Shown in pieces: positions 47,376-56,301 of a stretch of 64,000 nt of DNA (its first letter is position 1; each line of letters starts with the position of its first letter). Location of the stretch: positions 4,570 through 68,569 of the IMG/VR virus record IMGVR_UViG_3300046683_000606; one strand, given 5' to 3'. The notes under the pieces were generated by a model. That model saw nothing but the letters and a program-made list of their open reading frames with translations. It was not told the DNA's origin and ran no database searches. The position numbers were made by a program, and so were the translations under genes. The DNA comes from a virus.

Positions 47376-47550
47376 AATATCGAAAGAGGCGGCAAAGTAT
47401 ACGGCGGTGGCCAAGATGAACCAGCATTGCCGGGATTGCCGACACTTCATCGTGCCGCATTCCTGTGAACGGGTGATCGGAGCTATCGCGGTAGGCGGAT
47501 GGTGTAAACTCTGGGCCGAGAAACATTCTTTGGCAAGGAAGGTGAAGTGA
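47368..47550 (+). CDS. High-potential iron-sulfur protein (HiPIP) homologue
   Basis: KISKEAAKY...CRDCRHF....C..V.G.I...GWCKLW: four Cys ligands plus conserved Y/F/W. Confidence 0.8.
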   Translation: MDKISKEAAKYTAVAKMNQHCRDCRHFIVPHSCERVIGAIAVGGWCKLWAEKHSLARKVK

Positions 47551-47939
47551 TGCTTGAATCCTGTCCTACATGCGGATATGTCGATCGAGGCGCGGCGCTC
47601 CGCGTAGCGCTGGCCGATGCCAAGAAAGAATTTCCAGCTACACTCGACTTTTTCGACTTTGGCGATGGCATTATCACCATGCCGATGCCCGACCCTTCCG
47701 GTAACGGCTATCTGACCAAGAGCCTGTCCATCCTGATCGAAGCCGATCCGCTCAATCCGGTTCCCGAAGATAGACTTGGCAAAGTGCTGGCATTTTCTTA
47801 TCACCTTCGCTTTGGTTCTAGGGGCGAAGAGGTTTACAAAGAAGTTCTGAACGCCGCGCTAAAAGCCTTTGAACGTTTCGAAAAAGAAGCTGTTCGCATT
47901 AAAGCGGGAGACCGTTTTCCATCTCCAATAGAAGTGTAA
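47547..47939 (+). CDS. Hypothetical protein with CPTCG
   Basis: SD gaaggt; coupled ORF. Confidence 0.6.
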   Translation: MMLESCPTCGYVDRGAALRVALADAKKEFPATLDFFDFGDGIITMPMPDPSGNGYLTKSLSILIEADPLNPVPEDRLGKVLAFSYHLRFGSRGEEVYKEVLNAALKAFERFEKEAVRIKAGDRFPSPIEV

Positions 47940-47971
47940 CTCGCAGCACAATCGGGTGATTGCGGGGAGTA

Positions 47972-50437
47972 TTGGCAACTGACGTTTTAGAGAAAACAGA
48001 TGCAACCGACCAGTCTGCCGACCAGTATAAAGCTGGTGTGCTGGCCGGCATTGAATTTGCCGCGGTCGGAGACTTCACCAAGATCGATTTAACTGCCGCT
48101 GAAAAGAATGCTTTCAAGGAACTGGTCACTAAGGCCAGCAAGAGAGACTATCCCGCCCGGTTGATCGAAGTCATCCAAGCCTGGGAAGCGGCTCTCTTCT
48201 ATCGTGGGTTTCAGTTCCTCTTGCCGCGTGTTGGTGGCGGATGGGAAATTCCCGGCGAATCAACCGGCTATGGTCCGTCCATGCAAATGGACTTGTCGCT
48301 GCTCCCGACCAACATCTATTCCAGTTACGCGCAAATTATTATTTCCTCCCTGACCCGCGCCGTGCCCAATGTACGTTTCGAACCGCAAGATGCCGACAAC
48401 GATGCACAGATTACCGCGACGGAAGCGGCCGACAAGTTTGTAAAAGTGGTGGCGCGCAACAATGACCTGACGATGGTCCAGACCGACGCTTGCCGGTATT
48501 TCTGGACCGATGGCCGCGCGCTCTACTACACCCGATTCATTAAAGATGGCCAAAGGTTTGGTTGGGAAGAAGACGACGAAAACGACACAATCGTACCGGA
48601 AGATGAACCGCCGACCGATGTTGTGGACCAGATGGTAGCCGAAGAGGAGCAAACGGAAGTTGGCGGAGAGGGAGAAGCCAAACAAGAAGTCAAGCAGCGC
48701 ACTCCGCGAGGCCAGGAAGTCAGAACGGCGCACGGCAAACTGGAAGTCAAACTTACGCCGATGATGGCCAACTGCCTGGAGGAAGTGGACGTATTGCAGT
48801 ATGAAACCGAAGTCAGTATGTCCCGCGCCAAAGGCACTTTCCCCTGGTGCTCTGACGAAATCAAAAGCGGAGCGAATGGAATTACCGAAGGCGAAATCGC
48901 CAAGCTCGCTCGCCAGAACGTCAAGCTGGGCATGCAGTCCACTTATATCACTTCGGACTCGATAGCCGACGATTGCACCATTCAACGCAACTGGTTCCGT
49001 CCGAATGTGTTGATGGACGTTAAAGATAAAGATGTGCGCGATAGTTTGCTCGGCAAGTTTCCCGATGGCGCTCTGGTAGTGTATGCCGGCGAGACGCTGT
49101 GCTTTGCGCGCAATGAGTCTATGGATGATTCCTGGGCTTTGGGGCAAGCCTATTCCGGCGATGGCCAGAATAGAAATGCCATGGGCACTTCGCTCATGCC
49201 GCTACAAAAAAGGCTAAATAACTGGTTGGATTTGATGAATGACTCGTTCGTTAGAGCCATTCCTAAAAAGTGGTTTCACAACAAAGCATTCAGCGCAGAA
49301 GCGCTCCGCCAGCAAACCAATCTACCCGGTGACTCTGGAACCTACAAGCCGATACCGGGCATGACCGCGGACCAACTGGTATTCGTAGAACCGGCCGTGC
49401 AAATGTCTCCCGCATTGCCGGAGTTTATTAATTCCTACAAGGGCGAATTTGCGGAACTGGTGACTGGAGGGTATCCCGCTCTAGCCGGCGGCGATACCGG
49501 AGCCAACGATACCAAAGGCGGAATCGCCATTCAGCGCGATCAGGCGTTAGGGAGAATCGGTCCTACTTGGCACGTCATTCAGAACATGGAAGCGACCGCT
49601 TCACGCCAAGCGGTACGGTGGGGAGCGCGGTGCCGCGATAAAAGTATCAATGAACGGATACCCGGCGGCGATGCTATCCGCCTTGAAATCAACGACCTGA
49701 AAGCGAATATCCTGTGTTTCCCAGAAGCCAACGAAAGTTTTCCGGAAACGTATGTCCAGAAACAGAATCGGTTGATGGGGCTGCTCGATGGCTCGGCCAA
49801 GAATCCTGCTCTGCAGGAAGTGTTCTTTAATGCCGCCAACTTGGTTTTCCTCAAACGTATGGTGGCGCTTGACGAACTCTACATTCCGCAAGTGGCTTCC
49901 TTTGAGAAACAGGAAGGCGAAATCGAACTGCTGCTCAAGACTACGCCCGTTCCCAATCCGCAACTGGTTGAGGCCGAACAAAAGATCAATACGCTAAAAT
50001 CCGATCCGCGCATTGATCCGGCACAGTTGCAGCAAGCCGAAGCGCAACTAGCCGCTGCTCCGCAGCAAATGCTTACTTCCATGCCGGTAGCGGATTATGA
50101 GGATCACGACACGGAAGCAATGGCGTGCTGGAAGTATATGAACTCTCCCGAAGGCCGCAAGGCGAAACAAGCCAATCGCAAAGGATTTGAGAACGTGGAA
50201 TTGCATTGGCAAGCGCACGTAGCCGCCGCTCAAGCAAAGGCTGCTGCTAATGCTCCGCCACCGCCGATGAAGCCTGTAAGCAAGAGTGTGAACTACAAGG
50301 ATATTCCCGACCCGGCCGAAGCCGATCAGTTGTTGGTCGAAGCGGGAATTAAACCAACGCCCAAACCTCCAGGCGCTTTGACCCCCGCGGCGCATGCCAT
50401 GCTGCCTGAACCACAACCGCCTGTACCCGTTCAATGA
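47972..50437 (+). CDS. Portal protein
   Basis: Size and position between terL and scaffold; helical, P22-like layout (LMPLQKRLN, ELVTG, GIAIQRDQA, Gln-rich tail); SD ggggag before TTG. Confidence 0.8.
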   Translation: MATDVLEKTDATDQSADQYKAGVLAGIEFAAVGDFTKIDLTAAEKNAFKELVTKASKRDYPARLIEVIQAWEAALFYRGFQFLLPRVGGGWEIPGESTGYGPSMQMDLSLLPTNIYSSYAQIIISSLTRAVPNVRFEPQDADNDAQITATEAADKFVKVVARNNDLTMVQTDACRYFWTDGRALYYTRFIKDGQRFGWEEDDENDTIVPEDEPPTDVVDQMVAEEEQTEVGGEGEAKQEVKQRTPRGQEVRTAHGKLEVKLTPMMANCLEEVDVLQYETEVSMSRAKGTFPWCSDEIKSGANGITEGEIAKLARQNVKLGMQSTYITSDSIADDCTIQRNWFRPNVLMDVKDKDVRDSLLGKFPDGALVVYAGETLCFARNESMDDSWALGQAYSGDGQNRNAMGTSLMPLQKRLNNWLDLMNDSFVRAIPKKWFHNKAFSAEALRQQTNLPGDSGTYKPIPGMTADQLVFVEPAVQMSPALPEFINSYKGEFAELVTGGYPALAGGDTGANDTKGGIAIQRDQALGRIGPTWHVIQNMEATASRQAVRWGARCRDKSINERIPGGDAIRLEINDLKANILCFPEANESFPETYVQKQNRLMGLLDGSAKNPALQEVFFNAANLVFLKRMVALDELYIPQVASFEKQEGEIELLLKTTPVPNPQLVEAEQKINTLKSDPRIDPAQLQQAEAQLAAAPQQMLTSMPVADYEDHDTEAMACWKYMNSPEGRKAKQANRKGFENVELHWQAHVAAAQAKAAANAPPPPMKPVSKSVNYKDIPDPAEADQLLVEAGIKPTPKPPGALTPAAHAMLPEPQPPVPVQ

Positions 50438-50484
50438 GTTTTGTTGTATAGTCTGCCAATCGGTAAATCGGGAGGAAACTTGAA

Positions 50485-51834
50485 ATGGAAGAAATCGGAA
50501 CGCTTACAGCCCCTTCGACTGAAATTGCTCCAGTAGAAACGACTCCGGAAGTTGCAACCCCAGAAATTCAAACGGATGAAGGAACTCCGGAAACCGCTAC
50601 TCCGGAAACTGAAGTCGGAGAGGCTACGGAGGAAGCGTTACCGGGAGACCCTGGCGAAGGTGAGGGAATCGAAACCGATGCGCGCCGGTTCGATCAGCAA
50701 ACTAAAGACACTATCTCCTCTCTAAAGAATCTTGCCAAGCAGTCCACCGACCCGAAACAAGCCGCTTCGCTCAATGCTGCCGCTAAAGCTCTGGCTCGGT
50801 CATTCTTCGGGCGCCAAGCGTATGAAAAAGAATTTCCTACCGTGCAAGCTGCGCGGCAAGCCAAAGCCACGATCGACGCTCTGGGCGGACAGGAAGGCAT
50901 CACCGACCTGCAAAACAAGGTCAGCGACTACGACGCGGAAAGCGAACAATTTGCCAATGGCGACCGCGAACTGATTGAGAAGTTGAATAGAAGCAACCCG
51001 GAAAGCGTAGTCAAAGCCGGCGAAAACATTATCGATATTCTGACCGAAACGCGGAATGCCGCTGCGCTTGACCGTTTGCTGATGAAACCGATCGTCGATC
51101 GGATGGATAGCGTCGGATTCGGCAATGCCCTGGTCGGAATTGCCAAGTTGCTTGAAACTGGTAAAGGCCAGGAAGCCTACGACAAGCTGAATGAACTGGG
51201 AGACTGGTACACCAAGCTCAAAGGCGAATCGGCAAAATTGGCCAGTACCCGCGTCACCAAAGACCCGCGAGAACAAGAATTTGCCCAACGCGAACAAAAA
51301 CTGGCGGAACGGGAAAAAGAGACGGAAACGCGGCTCCTGAGCAATGAAGTTACCCGAATCAATAACGGAGCCTTGAGCCGAACTCTCGATCCCTTCTTCA
51401 AAGAACTGCGAATGGAGACCGAAGGGCGCAAGGAATTTACCCAACAGGTGATGAACAAAGTTTGGGACAAGATGCGCGAAGACAAAGTGTATATGCGCGA
51501 TGCAGCCAACATTCGCCGTAAAGGGAATGCGGATGAAACTGCCCGGTTTATCAGCGCCAAGTTTGCCGAATTTCTTCCGGAAGTTTTTAAGAATCACCGC
51601 AACCGGCTCTATCCCAATCTCTCGCGGACTGCTCCGGTAACGCCTAAGACTAATGGTCAACCGTCAACCAACGGCAAGCCGGTAGTAAAGGCTGTGACCG
51701 CTTTTCCCGGTCAACCGACTAAGGTTGCGGAAGCTCCGGCATTTGAGGATGTGGACTGGACCAAAACTCCCGATAGCCTCTGGTTCACCGGCAAGGCGTA
51801 TCTCAAGAACGGCAAGTACGTTAGCTACCACTGA
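50485..51834 (+). CDS. Scaffolding protein
   Basis: Acidic E/T/P N-terminus, helical body, between portal and capsid. Confidence 0.65.
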   Translation: MEEIGTLTAPSTEIAPVETTPEVATPEIQTDEGTPETATPETEVGEATEEALPGDPGEGEGIETDARRFDQQTKDTISSLKNLAKQSTDPKQAASLNAAAKALARSFFGRQAYEKEFPTVQAARQAKATIDALGGQEGITDLQNKVSDYDAESEQFANGDRELIEKLNRSNPESVVKAGENIIDILTETRNAAALDRLLMKPIVDRMDSVGFGNALVGIAKLLETGKGQEAYDKLNELGDWYTKLKGESAKLASTRVTKDPREQEFAQREQKLAEREKETETRLLSNEVTRINNGALSRTLDPFFKELRMETEGRKEFTQQVMNKVWDKMREDKVYMRDAANIRRKGNADETARFISAKFAEFLPEVFKNHRNRLYPNLSRTAPVTPKTNGQPSTNGKPVVKAVTAFPGQPTKVAEAPAFEDVDWTKTPDSLWFTGKAYLKNGKYVSYH

Positions 51835-51897
51835 GTATAAAAGGGTACAGACATTCTACCTGGGCCATCCATAGACTGATCGGTTAGGAGGAACGAA

Positions 51898-52062
51898 ATG
51901 ACTGAGAGAAACAATGCTCCACTAAGGATAATCTTTGTCGTGCTGGCGCTTGTGATGTTCGCTATCGCAGGATTCGGATGGCCGGCGCCGGTTGAACCGT
52001 ACCGCGTCAAATTCATTGGTATCGGTTTGTTTTTTTGGGTATTGTCCACATTCTTCGGATAG
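51898..52062 (+). CDS. Two-TM small membrane protein (54 aa, not in ORF track)
   Basis: Strong SD aggagg; IIFVVLALVMFAIAGFGW and FIGIGLFFWVLSTFFG. Confidence 0.7.
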   Translation: MTERNNAPLRIIFVVLALVMFAIAGFGWPAPVEPYRVKFIGIGLFFWVLSTFFG

Positions 52063-52073
52063 AATGAGCGACC

Positions 52074-52568
52074 GTGAATAAAAAGAAACCACACAACGGC
52101 AAAAAGCAACTTGACCGCATCGAGAAAAAAGAAGATAAAGAACTGAAGAAAATCGGGAAGCTGGAGCATGAAGTAGAGGAAATTGAACAGGCTCTCAAAA
52201 AGCCTAAGAAGAAAGCCCTTCGGAAAATCAATTATAAACAAGTAGGAGAAAAGCAAATGCCAACCGATTTCTCGATTGTTGCAGGAACTAGCGGAGTCTT
52301 TAGCGCTGTATTGACTCCTCCAGGTGGCGCGCAAGCGCCTGGTACGGTGCCGCAATGGGTAGCCAGCGATTCATCCGTTGTGCTCACACCGACTTCTGAC
52401 GGAATCAAAGTCGAAGCTGCCGTTCCCGCTGGATTTAGCGGAACCACTTTCGACTTGAGCCTTTCCGCCGTGTCGTCCGATTCCGGAGTGGGTACAGTCT
52501 CTAAGACCCATACCATTACCGTGAGCGCGGCTCCGCTCACCGCGATTGACTTCGGCCAGGATAGCTAG
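52074..52568 (+). CDS. Ig-like domain protein with Lys-rich N-terminal extension (internal start 52257)
   Basis: VPQWVASDSSVVLTP Big-2-like motif; SD aggag before ATG 52257. Confidence 0.6.
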   Translation: MNKKKPHNGKKQLDRIEKKEDKELKKIGKLEHEVEEIEQALKKPKKKALRKINYKQVGEKQMPTDFSIVAGTSGVFSAVLTPPGGAQAPGTVPQWVASDSSVVLTPTSDGIKVEAAVPAGFSGTTFDLSLSAVSSDSGVGTVSKTHTITVSAAPLTAIDFGQDS

Positions 52569-52585
52569 ACTGTCCCGCGCCTATG

Positions 52586-52637
52586 AATCGGAACCTGCTT
52601 CGGACGTTATGACTCCGATGTGGGTTCCGGTTTTTTT
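52586..52637 (+). terminator. Long intrinsic terminator
   Basis: aatcggaacctgc..tcgga / tccga..gtgggttccggtt stem then T-run. Confidence 0.8.
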
Positions 52638-52638
52638 A

Positions 52639-52668
52639 TTGACATTCGAATCACATCCCTAGTAGCCT
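52639..52668 (+). promoter_or_regulatory. Candidate capsid promoter
   Basis: Perfect TTGACA at 52639-52644, 18 bp, TAGCCT. Confidence 0.5.
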
Positions 52669-52834
52669 CACAAGCGTTGAGCGATGTACTGGGCGCAAGT
52701 CCCAGAAAAAAATAGATACCTTCGCAAAACAATCCAAACGTATATCGGGACGCTGTAATTCTCTGCGATTGACTTCGCTTGAGGATCGCTGACGCTGCGT
52801 ACTTCGCGTCAAGCTGAAACTGAGGTATACGTGT

Positions 52835-54175
52835 ATGCCAACTTCTCCTCTACAAGAGGCGGCGGTACAAGGCGTCGAAATCGAAGCCTTTGCCAAAGGT
52901 ATTCCGAATTACGTTTTTAAGGGCCACACTCTTTACAACTTCATCAAGAAAGGCGCAAAGACTTATCCGACTGCAGTCACTACGGCCGCCGGCGGTACTT
53001 CCCGTCCAGCATTCCGTATTCCGATCAGGGTTCAATCCGGCGCCGCAATCTTCCAGGCAACCGGAGACGGTGACGCTCTCAACCGCGGCACTGGTTCACT
53101 GTGGGTTTCTGGCGACATAACGGTTGTCGGAACATTCGCAGGGAACGAAATTACGTACCTTGCTCGGATCGCCACGCAGGGGCCAAAGCGCGGTCTCATC
53201 TCCCTCAAAGCGGAAGAGTTGAAAAACTCCTTCGACTCCTACATGCAGGGACTTGATTCCCAGTTCCTTTCCGATGGCAGCGGCGCAATCGTCCAGATTC
53301 CCGCAACCGCAACGGTCAACAACAACACCGGCACAGGCAATTCCACTTCGTCCATCATCGGACTGGGCGGACAAGCAAACCAGTTCCAAGAGCAGCAAGT
53401 GGTGCAGTTCTTCGCTGCCGAAGGCGGTTCGCCGCGCTCCGGAACTGCAATCGTGTCCTACGTCGATGGCGCGGCCGATACCGTGTATTTTTCGACCACA
53501 CTGCCGTCTGGAACCGCTGCTGGCGACTTCGTGATGATTCAGGGCTCGTCCGGGGCGCTCAACTCCGGAATCGCGGGTATCTACACCTATCAGGTGGCCG
53601 CAACCACCGGAACGGTGCTGAACCTTTCCCGCGCAACCTATCCAGGGCAACTCTCCACTCCGACAATCAACAAGGGCGGTCAGCCGGTCAATACGACTGA
53701 CCCGTACAAGGTCCAGATTTTAATTCGCCGCGGCTTGGGCGATGACAATGAACATGCCAAGGACTTCGAATGGGTGATGGGAGCCGATCAGGAATTGGCT
53801 ATCAGCCAACTCTATACCGGCGTCCTGCAACAGAACTACGTTCCACCGGGCGACAAGGCTTTGGATATGACCAAGCCTTTTATGACCGATCACTGGAACG
53901 GCCGGCCAATGCACGTTTCCTACAAGGCCAAACAGGGCAGAATTGACGCGATTTGCCCTGAGACTTGGGGGATTTGCGAAACGGTTGAGCCTTCGCTGTA
54001 CGACTTTGGAGACGGCGTAACCACCATGCCGGTTCCGGCGAACGACGGTACTGGAACCACAACGTACCGGACCAGTTCGATCTTTTACTACCACTCGTTC
54101 CTGAACGTGTTCAATTCGAACATGAAGGCTGCGTGCGTTCTTACGAACTGCGCGGTGCCTTCGGTCACGTCTTAA
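52835..54175 (+). CDS. Major capsid protein
   Basis: 446 aa after scaffold, SD gaggt, followed by hairpin; FRIPIRVQ, LDSQFLSDGSG, C-terminal beta pattern of HK97-fold capsids. Confidence 0.8.
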   Translation: MPTSPLQEAAVQGVEIEAFAKGIPNYVFKGHTLYNFIKKGAKTYPTAVTTAAGGTSRPAFRIPIRVQSGAAIFQATGDGDALNRGTGSLWVSGDITVVGTFAGNEITYLARIATQGPKRGLISLKAEELKNSFDSYMQGLDSQFLSDGSGAIVQIPATATVNNNTGTGNSTSSIIGLGGQANQFQEQQVVQFFAAEGGSPRSGTAIVSYVDGAADTVYFSTTLPSGTAAGDFVMIQGSSGALNSGIAGIYTYQVAATTGTVLNLSRATYPGQLSTPTINKGGQPVNTTDPYKVQILIRRGLGDDNEHAKDFEWVMGADQELAISQLYTGVLQQNYVPPGDKALDMTKPFMTDHWNGRPMHVSYKAKQGRIDAICPETWGICETVEPSLYDFGDGVTTMPVPANDGTGTTTYRTSSIFYYHSFLNVFNSNMKAACVLTNCAVPSVTS

Positions 54176-54181
54176 TTTCAC

Positions 54182-54212
54182 TAGGGGCGGCTTAACCGCT
54201 GCCCCTATTTCT
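54182..54212 (+). terminator. Terminator after capsid gene
   Basis: taggggcgg-cttaa-ccgctgccccta imperfect stem then tttct. Confidence 0.6.
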
Positions 54213-54226
54213 AAATCGGGGGAAAC

Positions 54227-54565
54227 ATGCAAGCTCAAGTAGCTGAAAAGAAATACGTTATTATTCCGCGCGAGAAGTGGGTAGTTATCAAGAAGTTCCT
54301 TCGCGGGGAGCAAGTTACCGATGAAGGCGTCATCATTCCTGAAACAAAGGATGATCGCTCGCAAAGAGGAGTCGTTTTTGCACTATCCAACTGCGCGGGA
54401 CGCGACCGGGAAGGGAATCCGATTCCTTGGGACATTGAGGTAGGCGATGTGGTGATCTTCACCAACTACCCGATGGACATTCCAGCGGTAGAAGAGTTGA
54501 CCGGCGAAAAGGATTTGGTACTGGTACAGGCCGATGAAGTGTTTGGCAAGGCCGTAGAAGCATGA
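54227..54565 (+). CDS. groES: GroES-like co-chaperonin
   Basis: IIPREKWVVIK, TDEGVIIPET, RGVVFAL, GNPIPWDIEVGDVVIF, LVQADEVFG. Confidence 0.85.
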   Translation: MQAQVAEKKYVIIPREKWVVIKKFLRGEQVTDEGVIIPETKDDRSQRGVVFALSNCAGRDREGNPIPWDIEVGDVVIFTNYPMDIPAVEELTGEKDLVLVQADEVFGKAVEA

Positions 54566-55347
54566 AGGCGGAAGGCCACGAAAGGCGTCAATGTCCGGCA
54601 GAGTTTCAAGACAGATTGACTCGCATGTTTGGCCGGAACCAGTTTGGCGACCCTCATTTCAAAATCGTTTGGGGCCAATCGGAATTTATCCGCATGGGCA
54701 ACTTGTGGCGCGACCGCTTTGGAAACGAGCACCGCGCTTATCGGGACGTGTATCAGTGCCACGGAACTCCTTGTTGGGTAATCATGCGCTGGAAACAGCC
54801 GATGCACTATGGAGACCCGGAAACGTACTACCAGACGACTTGGGACACTTTCAGCGGCATGTATATCCTTGGCGAGTACCCTTGGCGCGGCCGCTACGAA
54901 ATTGTGCAACCGCTGATGCACCGCGAACTATCCGCAGGACGTTTGGTAACCGAATGGATTCCTTCGCTCAATCCGCATACCGGAATCATGGAAACCGTGC
55001 CGGTCAGAAAACGTGTGGACCAGAAACTAATCATCCACCACATGCCGCTTTCGCACATCCTGATCGATTCGCTGATCCCGCTGTTTGTGAAGTTGCAAGC
55101 GCTCTCCCGCGACGAATTAAAAGCCATGCACCAAGCGAATCGCAAAGCGCAACAGCGCAAGGAAGTAGAGGAAATGGCCGACGCGATGGAAGCGAATATG
55201 CCAGCTTACTTCGGTCCGGTCTCGTATTCGCGGCAAGGCTGCCGCACGTCATTGCTCGATCGCAAGATGGAACAAATCGAAAAAGTTTGGAAACGGGAAT
55301 TAAAAGCAGGGAAGAGATTCACTAAAGGGTTTCAGGTAGCACACTGA
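54562..55347 (+). CDS. Conserved-looking phage protein
   Basis: ATGA coupling; aromatic-rich N-domain, helical tail. Confidence 0.7.
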   Translation: MKAEGHERRQCPAEFQDRLTRMFGRNQFGDPHFKIVWGQSEFIRMGNLWRDRFGNEHRAYRDVYQCHGTPCWVIMRWKQPMHYGDPETYYQTTWDTFSGMYILGEYPWRGRYEIVQPLMHRELSAGRLVTEWIPSLNPHTGIMETVPVRKRVDQKLIIHHMPLSHILIDSLIPLFVKLQALSRDELKAMHQANRKAQQRKEVEEMADAMEANMPAYFGPVSYSRQGCRTSLLDRKMEQIEKVWKRELKAGKRFTKGFQVAH

Positions 55348-55376
55348 AAAATTCGAATATCGGGAGGAAGTGAAAC

Positions 55377-56201
55377 ATGGCTAGTGGATTCGTAACAACA
55401 GGATTGCCGCCGAATGCCAGCATTAAAAGAAGCATGAAAATGCAGGTTGGGAGTCTGGACAACGATCTGGAAGCAACAAGTCTGCAGACGCAAGATAACC
55501 TGCAAACCAAGCCGCCGCTCTACATTTACAACATCTGCGAACTGTCGCACGTCCGCAATCAACCGCCGGAATTTCCAGGGTTCACCGTCGAACCTTGCCC
55601 CAAGGGAGAGAAATTTTCGGTCAAGGTTTTTCAAGGCATTGTCAACGAACGCTACATGAAGCCCGGAACGTCTGAGTTTTATTACAAGCAGGTGGACGGC
55701 CGGAAGTACGCAACCAGTTTGCTCAATCCAGACTGCTTTCCAGGGACAGACTTCGAAGCACAGTTGATCGAAGGGCAGACCGGAAACAACGATATGACCG
55801 GAATGAACATGAACGCCCTGGGCGTGTTCTGGTCTCCACTCGCTCCGGACGACCCGAAGCTGGAAGCACAGATAAAGAAATTCCGCGCCAGAGTCGATCG
55901 CACCATGGATGCCCTGGTCAAAGAAGGCAATCGCCTGAATGCTTCCGGAAAGCTCGGAGACATTTCAGCGATGATGCACTTCGCGATGGATTACTTCGGC
56001 CTACAGGCAACTTGGCACATGAGCCACCGTCATAAGACGGAATGCCCGAATTGCGGCGAACTGGTTTTGGAAGGCGTGGCATACCACAAGAACGGAAGCG
56101 GCGATGATTGCATTATCGATTACGACCGCTACGCTCAAGTGGTGATGCGGAAGGCTACCGTACAGGAAACGAAACCTGCGCGTACCCGCTCGACACGCTA
56201 A
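55377..56201 (+). CDS. Hypothetical protein with CPNCG
   Basis: SD ggagg; CPNC...H...C. Confidence 0.7.
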   Translation: MASGFVTTGLPPNASIKRSMKMQVGSLDNDLEATSLQTQDNLQTKPPLYIYNICELSHVRNQPPEFPGFTVEPCPKGEKFSVKVFQGIVNERYMKPGTSEFYYKQVDGRKYATSLLNPDCFPGTDFEAQLIEGQTGNNDMTGMNMNALGVFWSPLAPDDPKLEAQIKKFRARVDRTMDALVKEGNRLNASGKLGDISAMMHFAMDYFGLQATWHMSHRHKTECPNCGELVLEGVAYHKNGSGDDCIIDYDRYAQVVMRKATVQETKPARTRSTR

Positions 56202-56206
56202 ACGAT

Positions 56207-56281
56207 CTTTCTAGGGGGGTGCTTGCTTTCCTTGCGGTTACCCGATTCCGCGAGCGCCCGGTACGCGCTCCCCTAAGAAAG
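56207..56281 (+). other. Intergenic long hairpin
   Basis: ctttc-taggggggtgc pairs with gcgctccccta-agaaag; inner cttgcgg/ccgcgag stem. Confidence 0.55.
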
Positions 56282-56301
56282 TTTGAAAGAGAAAGGCATG
56301 A

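Noticed and set aside
52722-52765. gcaaaac...gggacgc resembling a c-di-GMP-I riboswitch
   Set aside because: No GAAA-capped P2 stem and no GCAAAG continuation; match too partial.
54591-55325. 244-aa overlapping plus-strand ORF
   Set aside because: Arg/Pro/Ser-rich alternative frame of 54562-55347 without SD.
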